A stretch of DNA of 64,000 bases from Candidatus Doudnabacteria bacterium. Lineage in GTDB: Bacteria > Patescibacteriota > Doudnabacteria > UBA920. Positions within the stretch are counted from its first letter, which is position 1; each line of letters starts with the position of its first letter. The stretch covers positions 369,929-433,928 of the forward strand of contig CAWINB010000001.1 of the NCBI GenBank assembly GCA_963837465.1, in the 5' to 3' direction. Under the pieces are notes generated by a model. That model searched no databases. It was not told the DNA's origin and saw only the letters and a program-made list of their open reading frames with translations. A program made the translations under genes and the position numbers. Positions 18,170 to 30,000 of the stretch are shown here, one piece after another.

Positions 18170-19822
18170 TTAAACCGGCGGCGCTATCCTGACCAAATCT
18201 TCCAGTGTCGTTGTGCCGTTTTTGACTTTTTCCAGTCCGTCTTCAAACAAAGTCCGGAAGCCCCGCTTGCGCGCCAGCTCCCAAATTTCCTGGGCGGAAG
18301 GAGCTTTAACGATAAAATCCTGCAGCGCTTTATCCACTTTAATAAACTCAAAAATACCGATACGGCCTTTGTAGCCCGTATGGTTGCAGGCCTGGCAGCC
18401 TTTGCCTCTGTAAAAAGTAATCATGGGCGCGGGAAAATATTTAACCGCGGCCGGAAACCTGGCGGCCAGTTCGGACTGCTGGACGTTGACGCTGTAACGG
18501 CAACTGTCGCAAATCCTCCTGACCAGGCGCTGGGCAATAATCATTTCCAGGGTTGACGCCACCAGGTAAGGTTCCACTCCCATATCCAACAAGCGCGGAA
18601 TGGCCGTGGAAGCATCGTTGGCGTGAAAAGTGGAAAACAGCAAATGCCCCGTTAAAGCGGCGTTAATCGCGACTTCGGCGGTAGCCCTGTCCCGGATTTC
18701 CCCGACCAAAATAATGTCGGGATCCTGCCTTAATATAGAGCGCAGGCCGTCGGCAAAATTTAAGTTGGTGGCGGTGTTAACCTGTATCTGGTTCATGGTC
18801 GGTATGCGGTACTCCACAGGATCCTCAATGGTGGTGATATTTATTTCCGAGTGGTTAAATGTTTTCAGCAGCGCGTACAGGCTGGTGGTCTTGCCGCTGC
18901 CGGTCGGACCGGTAACTAAAATCATGCCGAACGGATGCTCGGATGCTTCCAGCAGTTCGTCGTAAGCGTGGGCCGACAGGCCCAAATCGCTTAAGCTCAA
19001 ATTTTTTACGTACTCCGTAAGCAGCCGCATAACGACTTTTTCCCCGTTGACCGTGGGCACAATGGATATTCTTATGTCTATAACAATTTCCCCTTTGCTA
19101 AAGCGCATGGACCCGTCCTGGGCGCTGAAGTGTTCGTCAATTTTTAACCGGGCCTGGACTTTAATCCGGTTTAAAATATTTTCATAATAAATTTTGGGAA
19201 TTTTGCCAACTTCCTCCAGCACGCCGTCCACGCGGAAGCGGGTACAAACCTCGTCTTCGCGCGGCTCAAAGTGGATATCGGAGGCGCGGTAAATAATGGC
19301 TTCATCCAGGATTTGATCCAAAATTTCCGGCGCCACCCTTTTTTGAGCTTTGATAATCTGCACAAAACGCGCCTCCAGCGACTGGCGGTAATGGATAAAA
19401 GCCTGCTGCAAGTCTTCGGAAAAAGCGTAAGCCAAAACCAGTTTTTTCCCGGGAAAAAATCCCGAAAGCAAACCTGGGAGGGCGGGATTTTTGGGATTGT
19501 CCGTGGCAATTTCCATCTGGCTTTCAGTATTGGAAACAACAACAACATGCTGCTGTTCCGCGATGTCCTTGGGAATTTTCAACACGTCCTGCTTTTGCGG
19601 CGGGCGTTTGGACAAATCCGCGAAAACCGTGCCAAAACTTTCCGCCACAGCCTGACCCAAAAGCTCTTTGGTTAAAATACCCCCGGACAACAAATGTTCC
19701 AGGGCGGTCTGGTGGTGCGACAGCGCGTGCTGCTCGGCCGCCGCCATATCTTCGGCAGTAACGTAATTGCCGCGCAATAAAATATCCTTAACATTTATAT
19801 GGTCCAAATTCATAACTGACAA
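18170..19822 (-). CDS. pilB: type IV pilus assembly ATPase PilB/GspE
   Basis: ASDIHFEP, Walker A GPTGSGKTT, TIEDPVEY, LRQDPDIILVGEIRD, tetra-Cys zinc motif. Confidence 0.95.
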   Translation of the reverse strand: MSVMNLDHINVKDILLRGNYVTAEDMAAAEQHALSHHQTALEHLLSGGILTKELLGQAVAESFGTVFADLSKRPPQKQDVLKIPKDIAEQQHVVVVSNTESQMEIATDNPKNPALPGLLSGFFPGKKLVLAYAFSEDLQQAFIHYRQSLEARFVQIIKAQKRVAPEILDQILDEAIIYRASDIHFEPREDEVCTRFRVDGVLEEVGKIPKIYYENILNRIKVQARLKIDEHFSAQDGSMRFSKGEIVIDIRISIVPTVNGEKVVMRLLTEYVKNLSLSDLGLSAHAYDELLEASEHPFGMILVTGPTGSGKTTSLYALLKTFNHSEINITTIEDPVEYRIPTMNQIQVNTATNLNFADGLRSILRQDPDIILVGEIRDRATAEVAINAALTGHLLFSTFHANDASTAIPRLLDMGVEPYLVASTLEMIIAQRLVRRICDSCRYSVNVQQSELAARFPAAVKYFPAPMITFYRGKGCQACNHTGYKGRIGIFEFIKVDKALQDFIVKAPSAQEIWELARKRGFRTLFEDGLEKVKNGTTTLEDLVRIAPPV

Positions 19823-19895
19823 TTTATAATATTATGCCGGGGGTTTGAAATGCTTCCTGCTTATTGACGGCATTAAACGGGGAAGTTCTATTGCC

Positions 19896-20267
19896 CTACT
19901 GTAAATAAATTTTTACCAAATTAAGTATTTCAGCCGGCGTAACAGTGCTCTTGATAATGTATTGCTTGGCTCCGTAAGCCTTAACCTTCACAATATCTTC
20001 GGTTTGGCCCAGATTGGAAAGTACCACTACCGGCGTAACAATCCCCAACTCCTGCATTTTTTTTAAAACGTCAAAACCGTCCATTTCAGGCATCATCAAA
20101 TCCAGAAGCACCAAATCGAAATGCTCGTGCTGAAGATTGGGAATAACCTGGTCCCCGCTGATGACATGCAAAGTACGTATGCCCTCGGCATTGAACTTAT
20201 GGGCCAAAACGCTTGCCATGGCCTGTTCGTCTTCCGCGATGAGGACCTTTTTATTTTTTTCCGTCAT
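19896..20267 (-). CDS. single-domain response regulator (receiver only)
   Basis: LIAEDE, DLVLLDLMMPEMDG, GA..YIIK. Confidence 0.9.
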   Translation of the reverse strand: MTEKNKKVLIAEDEQAMASVLAHKFNAEGIRTLHVISGDQVIPNLQHEHFDLVLLDLMMPEMDGFDVLKKMQELGIVTPVVVLSNLGQTEDIVKVKAYGAKQYIIKSTVTPAEILNLVKIYLQ

Positions 20268-20374
20268 ACAATAATAAGCGCGGGTTTATTTTTATTTCCT
20301 TAATTTAAGAGTTTTATCAGCTCGTTTATTATAACATATTTTGTAAAAAACAAAAGCCGCGAACTTTTAATTTT

Positions 20375-20404
20375 TTGACAAAAGGGACAAAACTATATTA
20401 TACT
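20375..20404 (+). promoter_or_regulatory. probable sigma70 promoter of the major pilin gene
   Basis: TTGACA (20375-20380), 18-nt spacer, TATACT (20399-20404). Confidence 0.55.
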
Positions 20405-20435
20405 ATTGTCAAATTAATTTTAATTAAAAAACTAA

Positions 20436-20975
20436 ATGAAACAAAAGCAAATTTTTTCTTTTAGCCATACAGGCTGGGGAGAAACTAAACCTTCCAAGTT
20501 CCAAGGGGTTGGAGTTACGACTCAACAAAGCCGGGGTTTTACTCTAATTGAAATTTTGCTGGTTATCGCCCTTATAGCCTTGTTGGCCGGTATTGTCATA
20601 TTAGCCGTTAATCCGGCCAAGCAACTGGCTGACGGCAGAAATACCCGAAGAATAGCCGATGTCAGCACAATCCTCAACGCCGCGCACGAGTATGCCATAG
20701 ACCACAACGGCAATTTGCCTTCAACCATCCAAAATAATACGGATTGCAGCGGAACCGCTTCCAATGAAATTTGCCAAACCGGCGGCAACTGCAGCGGCCT
20801 CACGGATTTGTCAGCGCTGACAAACAACCAAACCTATTTGACCGCCATACCCGTGGACCCTTCCATAACCACAACCAACAACGCGGGTTATTTTATTGAC
20901 CTTAACAACAATGGTCGCGTAACAGTTTGCGCCCCTAACTCCGAACTCGGAATAAACATCAGCGCCACCAGATAA
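20436..20975 (+). CDS. type IV (major-type) pilin with long leader
   Basis: SRG|FTLIEILLVIALIALLAGIVILAVNP, RN..R..DV, IPVDP; has its own promoter and terminator. Confidence 0.9.
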   Translation: MKQKQIFSFSHTGWGETKPSKFQGVGVTTQQSRGFTLIEILLVIALIALLAGIVILAVNPAKQLADGRNTRRIADVSTILNAAHEYAIDHNGNLPSTIQNNTDCSGTASNEICQTGGNCSGLTDLSALTNNQTYLTAIPVDPSITTTNNAGYFIDLNNNGRVTVCAPNSELGINISATR

Positions 20976-20990
20976 ACTCCCATCGCGATT

Positions 20991-21020
20991 TAAACCCCCG
21001 GCTTCATAGCCGGGGGTTTT
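20991..21020. terminator. intrinsic terminator after the pilin gene
   Basis: AAACCCCCGGCT-TCAT-AGCCGGGGGTTTT. Confidence 0.85.
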
Positions 21021-21046
21021 ATTTTATCGTTTTGCCTGAACCGCCA

Positions 21047-21071
21047 AGTGTCAAGGGTCACCCTTGACACT
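21047..21071. repeat. 25-bp REP-like palindrome; second copy 46942-46966
   Basis: AGTGTCAAGGGTCACCCTTGACACT versus AGTGTCAAGGGTGACCCTTGACACT, each at a gene 3' end. Confidence 0.8.
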
Positions 21072-21076
21072 GTCCC

Positions 21077-24000
21077 CTATTGGCCTGTCGCGCCAGGAGC
21101 GGATGAACCCGGAGAAGAATTATCAGAGGCATCCGGGGCGCTGGCTGTACCGGAAGAAGCCGAAGGATCGGAAGCGGAAGTGTTGACGGGGGTTCCGGTT
21201 TGGCCGGAGGAGCCGGAAGCATCACTGCTATCCCCTGCCGTAGAGCCTGTGGAGGAGCCGGAAGCCGCCTGGCCGGTAGAATTTGGATCTGACTGCGGGG
21301 TTGAAGACCCGGAACCTGGCTGAGCAACTGTTTGCCCGGATGTATCTGGGATAGCGGACCCCGAACCCAAAGTCTGCCCACCGCCCTGCTGGTTATTATT
21401 GTTCTGGCTATTGCTGATTATCTGCCCCTGATTGCTCGGCTGGTTTACCACCACAATTTGGGAATTTAAGCTGGACTGCGACGGCGTGGTAGTCGGCTGG
21501 GCCAGGGCTATCCAGTCAAAACTGGTGTCGGCCGAAACCGGCTGGCTGGTCTGGATGGTAAAGCCGGTCAGTGTTTTAGTGGCGACGCCGTAGTAGAAGT
21601 TCGGCAAGCCCTGCGCGGTGACCGCAATTTTCGGCATAGTTTCGTAAGGCACATTAAAGGTTACCGCGGTCTGGTTGTTTCCGGCTGTAATTACCGCGGT
21701 TCCGGCGGTGTCAGCCCCCACGGTTATATGGCCGGCAGCCGTAATGCTGAACTGAGTGGTGGAGCCGTTATTCACCGTTAATATAGTGGAGGTGGCGATG
21801 GTGGAGGTGGCCAATAAACTGAACGAGCCGTCATTGGCAATAAGCAAGCGGTCCGCGCCGTTCTGCTGGAGCTGCAGGACATTGCCGCTGCCGGCCTGGT
21901 TTATCAGCAAAGCCGTATCGGTGGAGCTGGAAGCCAGCCGCATAAAGCTGGTAGTGGAAGTGGCGCTTGACAACTGTCCGTCATTTTGCCCAAAGACAAA
22001 AGTATTGTTAATAACCTGGTAGCCCGGTTTAACAAACACTAATATAGTGGGATTGGAAGATGTGTTGGCGGCCGGGTCGTAATCCTCCAGAGCCTGGCCG
22101 ATGACCTCGCCGCTGACTTCGGCTTTCATGGCGAGCCCTGGAATGTCGGAAGATGTCAGGAAGTCGCCGGCGTGGATGACCGTGGAAGTGGCAATTTGTA
22201 CCGGCACGCGTCCGGCCAAAGCGATGGCCGGATGCAGCGGATCCACAACATAGTTGGCTCCGTTCATAAACTGCACGCTGTTGCCTTCTATAATCATGGC
22301 CGGGTTGGTGGAAACCACTCCAAGCAAATGGCTGTCGTAAGCCGTGGCTGTCTCGCCGATTAAGCTGCCGGTGGAAGATGCCGTGCCAAGCGAACTAACC
22401 AGTTGGCCGGCGGCCACGGGATCCCGCGACGGGTAAATTTCGGCGTAATCGGTACAAGCGCCGGAACTCTGGAAAGTCAGACAATTAGCCGCCACCACAA
22501 AGGCCGAACCCGGAGTGGTAGTGCCCACGCCTACATTGCCGCCGGTAAATACCGCGGCGTAGTTGTTGCTGGCGCCGGTTGGGGCATTTACGTACAAACC
22601 GTAACCGTTGGTTACCGCGCCGCTGTTGGTAACAGATCCGCCCTGGATGGTCAAAGCCGAGGAACTGGAAATCGTCATATGGTTACCGGCAATCGCCGCG
22701 CCGGTAATGTTGATGACCGAAGCGTTGGCAATGGTGGTGGCGCTGGAAGAAGCCAGGGTGTAAGCGTTAAACAACGAACCGTAGGCAATTTGGTTTGTGT
22801 TGATGGCGCTGCCGGCGGAAAGCGTGTAAGTCAGGGCCGGAATGTTAATAGCGCGGTAATCGGAAACGGCAGTCAAAGTCGGGTTAAAGTTAATACCGGT
22901 AACAACACCGCTGGCGCCGCCGGTTTGGTTAATTGTCGGGCTGGCATTGATGGTATTAAACTGGGAGCTGCCGGAAGTAGGCCCAATAGGCTGCTGGATG
23001 TCCAGAATATTTACGGTGCTGCCGTTATTCTTGGTCAAATTGGAACCGGAAGAAATACGCAAACCGGCCGACATGCTAGCGCCCATCTTAAACACAAAGG
23101 CCGCGTTGGTTGTGTTGGCGGTGTTGGCCGTGGCGTCAAAACTCTGGCTGGCGCCGCTGCCGTAAATAAAGTCGCCGCTGCTGTCGACAGACAGCTCTTT
23201 GACGCCGTTGTCCTCGAATGTCAGGAAGTTGCCGCTGAAGTTGGATTGCGAATTAATGCCAAAATAAGTACCGTTGGCGGAGGCGCTGGACAAAGCCGTG
23301 GAGCCGAGACTGAGCAGCTCGGTGGTGTTGCTGGACGAAGCGTCTGTCGGAATGTTGACGCGGCCGGCCGGGGTAACAGTCAACAAAGACGCGCCGGTGG
23401 ACGAAGCAATGCTTAATAAGTTTGTAGCTGAGCCCGCTGACCCCTGAAGTGTCAATAAAGAGCCGGGCGTAGTTGTACCGATGCCGACATTGCCTCCGTT
23501 AAACACAGCCGCGTAATTATTGGCCGCTCCGCTGGGAGAATTAACTTCCAATCCGTAAGCGTTGGTGGTTGAAGCGTTAACGGCATCAGTATCTACCAAT
23601 AAACCATAAGAGTTGGTGAGTTTGACATTCTTTCCAACTAAAGGTAATCCGTTGACATCAAGACTGGAAGAAGTTGCTATAGTGTCAACAACAGTGGAAG
23701 CAGTCTGGTAAGTTATGGGATTAAACAGGACGTTGTAGACAGTATTAACGGGAGTGCCGGTAGCTAAGTTGTCAATTAAGCCGGATTGGGTTTCTATACT
23801 GCGGTAATCCACGGCGGAAGTTAAAGTCGGACTGACTAACAGGCCGCGGGTAATGCCGGAAGCGGCGGCGGTTTGGATGACAATCGGATGCAAGTTTTCT
23901 TCATTCCATACGGCGGAGCCTACTCCGGCGAACAAGCCGCCGGTATTTATCTGCCCGCCCGTGCCGGTCGTGGCTTGTTCGTAGTTGGTTGTGCCAAAAA

Positions 24001-27000
24001 CATATCCATAATAGGCCGCTCCGGTATTGTATTCGTCCACGTCAAAATTCATCTGACCACTGCTTCCGGCGTCAATATAAGTATCTCCTACCGAGCCAAG
24101 GTAAAGAAAACCGGAAGTGGATTGGATGTTTCCAGCGGCAGTAATAGCGCCATTGTTAGTTATGGCTCCCCCGTTAGTTAGCGTAAATTCATTAGTGCCG
24201 TTTTTTTGCAAGTTAATCAGGTTGCCGCTGAAATTTGACGGAGAGTTGATTGCCAGATAAGTTCCGTTGGCAGAAGGTGAGGATAATGAAGTGGGGCCAA
24301 GCTCGCAGAACAGGGACAGTTGAGGCAACAGACGTTGAAGAATTAGTGCTGGAAGCGTTTTGGGAAAGCAGGACGCCATTGGTTGGCAGGACTTCCAAGA
24401 TAGATTGGCCTGATGAAGATGAAACATTAACAGGAGTATTCATTCCCGTCCCCTGAATGTTAAAGTTTACCGTTGAGCTGGTAGCGTTTACTCCCGATAC
24501 AGTTCCGTTATCCTCAATATCCCCGCTGGCTGCCAAAGCGCTTGACCCTGTCCAGATGGCATTGTACCCATTAGTCCCCGACCCTGTAAGGCTGCTGCCG
24601 GCAGCAGTAATAGTTATCTGCCCCGGTGTAGAGGTGGTAATAGTGATGTTGGTTCCCGCGACCAGATTGGTGGGAGCATAGTTGTTTCCTGTGCCATCCG
24701 CGGCCAGCAGCTGTCCGGTAATGGTGGGAGCAGTGGAGGTTCCGGTACCGCCGTTGCTTACTCCTAAGCTACCGGTAACCTGGGAGCCATTTAGGGTAAT
24801 GGCGCTGTTGTAAAGATTACCGGATGCCGTGCTAAACACCGGCAGGTTCTGGGTTAAGGAAGATATTGTGGTGGAACCATTGGCGGCAACAGTCAGCAGG
24901 GAAGCTCCCGATGACGAAGCCACATTGAAAGGATTTAAGGTTCCCGTGCCCTGGATGTTAAAGGAGACGGTGGAAGATGTGGCTCCGACACCGGCAACCG
25001 TACCATTGTCCAGCAGCGCTCCGGCAGTCAAGGTGTTCGGTGAAGTCCAGATGGCGTCGTAGCCGGTGGTACCGGACAGGCTTGAGGCCGAAGCAAAGCC
25101 CAGGGTGGAAGTGGCTATCCACTGGGTGGAGTTGCCGGTGGTTTCCAGGATTTGTCCCAGGGTGCCCGAAGCATTGGTGCCGTCAAACAGGGCGCCGGTT
25201 AACTGTTCGCTGCCGGCAACCGTCAGCAGCTGGGCCGGGGTGGATGTGCCGATGCCGACGTTGCCGTTCTGCGAGCACGGTCAGCAGCTGGCTGCCGGTG
25301 GAGGAAGCTATGGTAAAGGGATTAACTCCCCCGCTGCCCTGGATGGCCAGGGTGGTAGAAGGGGTGGTGCTGCCAATGCCCAAAGAGTCGCCAAAGTAAG
25401 AGGGAGTGGAGGTGGCGGAGATGGCTAAGGCGCCGGAGCTTAAATGCCGCCCGCTCCCACGTTCAGGCCGCCCTGGATCTGCAGCTGGCCGGCTATCAGA
25501 GCGTCATTCCTGACCTGCAAGTTGCCTATGTCGGCGCTGCCGGCTACCAGGGAGGTGGTTTCCGTGCCGGAGATGTTGACGACGGAGATGGAGTTGGAGC
25601 CATAATTGGCCACATAGGCGTAGCGGCCGGAGACGTAGATGGAATAGGGACTGGTGCCCACGCTGGCGGTAGCCACCTGGGTTGGAGCTGTGGGGTTGGA
25701 GATGTCAACGACGGAGATGGTGTTGGAGTTTTTATTTGCCACATAGGCGTAGCGGCCGGAGACGTAGATGGAATAGGGACTGGTGCCCACGGTAGTTGTG
25801 GCCACCTGCACCGGAGCTGTGGGGTTGGAGATGTCAACGACGGAGATGGTGTTGGAGTTAAGATTTGCCACATAGGCGTAGCGGCCGGAGACGTAGATGG
25901 AATTGGGCAAGCTTCCCACGGTGGTGGTAGCGATTTGCTTGGGAGCGCCGGGATTGGAGATGTCAACGACGGAGATGTTGGCGGAGCCTTGGTTTGCCAC
26001 ATAGGCGTAACGGCCGGAGACGTAGATGGAATTGGGCTGGAATCCCACGCTGGCGGTAGCCACCTGGGTTGGAGCTGTGGGGTTGGAGATATCAACTACG
26101 GAGATGTTGGAGGAGTTAAGATTTGCCACATAGGCATAGCGGCCGGAGACGTAATGCTTTGAGGATTATTTCCCACATTGGCGGCGGCAACTTGAGTAGG
26201 GCTCGAAGGGTTTGAGATATCAACTACGGAGATATTATTGGAGATATTATTTGCCACATAGGCATAGCGGCCGGAGACGTAGACGGAAACGGGCCCGGCT
26301 CCCACGCTGGTCGTGGCTACCTGGACCGGAGCTGAGGTATTGGAGATGTCGACTACCGAGATGGTACCGGAGCTATAGTTTGCCGTGTAGGCGTAGCGGC
26401 CGGAGACGTAGACGGACTCGGGATTGCTCCCCACGCTGGTAGTAGCCACCTGGGTAACCTGGGAGCTATTGGCAATGATGTTGGAAATGCTGCCGGTTAC
26501 GGTTAAGGCTTGGCTGGGGGTGGAGCTGCCGATGCCGACGTTGCCGTTGGCTAAAACAGTCAGCAGCTGGCTGCCGGATGAGGAAGCTACGGTAAAGACC
26601 GGAATGGTGGGATAAGTGGAAGTGCCTTCCACCGTTAACGTGGAGCCGGGAGTGGTGGAGCCAATGCCCACTCGCTGGGTGGCCGTCACCCTTAATACGG
26701 ATATACCGCTGGAGGAAGCTATGTTGAGCAGGTCGCTGGATCCGGCTGTGCCCTGGATGGCCAGGGTGGTAGAAGGGGTGGTGCTGCCGATGCCCAAAGA
26801 GTCGCCAAAGTAAGAGGGAGTGGAGGTGGCGGAGATGGCTAAGGCGCCGGAGCTTAAGATGCCGCCCGCTCCCACGTTCAAGCCACCCTGGATCTGCGAG
26901 CTGGCCGGCTATCAGAGCGTCATTCCTGACCTGCAGGTTGCCTATGTCGGCGCTGCCGGCTACCAGGGAGGTGGTTTCCGTGCCGGAGATGTCAACGACG

Positions 27001-30000
27001 GAGATGGTGTTGGAGTTAAGATTTGCCACATAGGCGTAGCGGCCGGAGACGTAGATGGAAATGGGATTGGTTCCCACGCTGGTGGTGGCTACCTGGACCG
27101 GAGCTAGAGGGTTTGAGATGTCGACTACCGAGATGTTGTTAGAACTATAGTTGGCCACATAGGCGTAGCGGCCGGAGACGTAGATGGAATTTGGACTGGT
27201 GCCCACGGTGGTGGTGGCGATCTGGATGGGAGCTAGAGGGTTTGAGATGTCGACTACCGAGATGTTGTTAGAACTATAGTTGGCCACATAGGCGTAGCGG
27301 CCGGAGACGTAGATGGAAATGGGATTGGTTCCCACACTGGTGGTGGCCACCTGGGTTGGAGCTTTGGGGTTGGAGATATCAACTACGGAGATGTTGGAGG
27401 AGTTAATATTTGCCACATAGGCGTAGCGGCCGGAGACGTAGACGGAAACGGGATTGGTTCCCACACTGGTGGTGGCCACCTGAACCGGAGCTGTGGGGTT
27501 TGAGATGTCAACTACGGAGATGTTGGAGGAGTTAATATTTGCCACATAGGCGTAGCGGCCGGAGACGTAGATGGAAAAGGGATTGGTTCCCACGGTAGTG
27601 GTGGCCACCTGAACCGGAGCTGTGGGGTTTGAGATGTCAACTACGGAGATGGTGTTGGAAGTACGATTTGCCACATAGGCGTAGCGGCCGGAGACGTAGA
27701 CGGAATAAGGATTGGTTCCCACATTAGCGGTGGCCACCTGGATGGGAGCTGAAGGATTGGAGATGTCAACTACGGAAATGGTGTTGGAGCCGGAATTCGC
27801 CACGTAAACATAGCGGCCGGAAACATAGATGGAAGCGGGGAGATTGCCCACGCTGGTAGTAGCCACCTGGGTAATATTGGCATTGCCGCCAATTAAGTTG
27901 GAAACACTGCCAACAACAGACAAGGCCTGGGTGGGAGTTGTGGTGCCGATACCCACATTGCCATTGCTTGCCACAAACAGTTCAGAAGCTCCCGATGACG
28001 AAGCCACATTGAAGGGATTTAAGGTTCCCGTGCCCTGGATGTTGAAGGAGACGGTGGAAGATGTGGCGTTGACTCCGGCTACGCTGCCGTTGTCAATAAT
28101 GGCTCCGGTACCAAGAGCGGAAGGAGAAGTCCAGATGGCGTTATAACCATTAGTACCACCCGACAGTCCCCCTCCGGTGGCATTTAAAGTGTTACCGCTA
28201 AAGCTTAAGCCGGTGCCCAGCTGTACGGATTCCAGGTTGCTGTTGGCATCGGACATTACTAAACTTGAAGGGGTCAGCGTAGCAACGTTTACGTTGCCGA
28301 TGGAAGAAATATTAAAGTAAGGCGAACCGCTGGAAGAAGCTACGGTCAACAGGTTTGAAGTTTGCGACGAGGTGGCAATTATTAAGACTGTTGGTTGGGT
28401 GGTGGAAGATGAGGCTACGGATAATTGAGCGGTCGGAGTGGTAGTGCCTATACCCAACCAACCTTGAGCACTTACTACCGAATAAGTCGTAGCTCCTCCG
28501 CTACTGGCCCAAACTTGTAGGTTTGCAGTTTGACCACCCGCGCCTCTTATATTGAACGGAACACCACCACTGTTAGTGGAAGTAATAATGACTTGGCCGG
28601 CAGCTATAGTCCCAGCCACATCCAAAGGATAAACAGCAGTATTTTTTCCAATCCCCACATCCCCATTAGCCAGCACCGTTAAGCCAGTAGCGCCCGACGA
28701 AGAAGCAATGGTCAAAAGGCTGCCGGATTGTCCAGCGGTTCCTTGAACCAACAAATTACTCGTCGGCGCACTGGTTCCAATCCCCACATTGCCGCCCATA
28801 ATAGCAGCAGCATAGTTACTCGAGGCGCCAGTGGAAGCCTGGAGATAAATTCCATAAGCATTTGTGGTGGAAGCGTTCAAGGTGCCACCCAATATGGATA
28901 AAGCCGAAGAAGAACTGATGATAACTTGGTTAGCCACTTGCGGATTATACAGCGCCATAGTGGCGGCACTGTTTAGGGTGGTTACCGCGGTAGTGGAAAC
29001 ACTGTTATACGTTATGGGGTTAAACAGGGCATTGTACTGGTTTAAGGCCGGGGTAGTAGAAGCGTCCAGGTTTACGGTAGTACTTGTGGCAAGCAAGTTG
29101 ATATACTGATAGGCTTGGGTAACGGTTGGATTAAAATAAAGGCTGGTGGTGGTGCCACTGGCATTTCCCTTTTGATTTATAGTAGTTAATAAATCTAAGA
29201 GGTTATTTGTTGCGGAACCGGATGCTGGCGAAAAAGTTGATGATATTTTAACGGCTCCTCCTTCACCGCTGGTAGAAATTGAGGGACCTAAAGGTTGCTC
29301 CAATATATTATATCCCGCATTAGTATTGGTTATTTCACCGTATAAAGAAAGCGGTTGTCCACTGGAAGCTTTAAAGGTATTTCCGGCAGTAAAATCAATT
29401 TCCCCATTTAGCGAAAGGAGGCCCGCACTGGTAACTTTAAACTCACTCGTTCCGCCATTAATTAAATTCAATAAATTTCCACTTGTTCCCTGAATATCAA
29501 CCAAATCAGCCGGGGTAGTTGTTCCTATCCCCACGTTCCCCGCTTGCGTAACATGCAGGAAGGATGTTCCGGAAGAAGAAGCCACGTCAAAGGGATCCAG
29601 CGTGCCGCTGCCCTGAAGTTCAAAGGCTACTGTAGAAGAAGTGGCATTAATGCCGGCGACTGTGCCATTGTCGAGAACAATACCCTTAGACACGGAAGTC
29701 GGAGAAGTAAACATGGCATCATAGCCAACCGTGCCGCCGGTTACCCCCGCTCCTCCGGTAATGCCGAGAGTTGAAGTAGCTACCCACTGCGTGCCGCTGC
29801 CCGTGGTTTCAAGCAGCATGCCCGGAGTACCAGAGGCATTTGTTGAGTCAAACAGGGCGCCGGTCAATTGCTCATTTCCGGCAACAACCAGCTTTTGGCT
29901 GGGGGTAGTAGTGGCAATACCCACATTCCCACCAGAGGTAATGTGTAAGTAAGACTGGCCGGTGGAAGTAGAGACGTCAAACAAATCCGAACTGTAAGAG

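Noticed and set aside
22403-23416. 337-aa plus-strand ORF and many similar antisense ORFs across the window
   Set aside because: Shadow ORFs opposite well-supported genes; they arise from codon bias of Ser/Thr/Gly/Ala-rich proteins.
25570-27870. CRISPR-like array of regularly spaced repeats
   Set aside because: The 129-bp period is a multiple of 3, the intervening segments resemble each other, and the whole region encodes LVIVD protein repeats.
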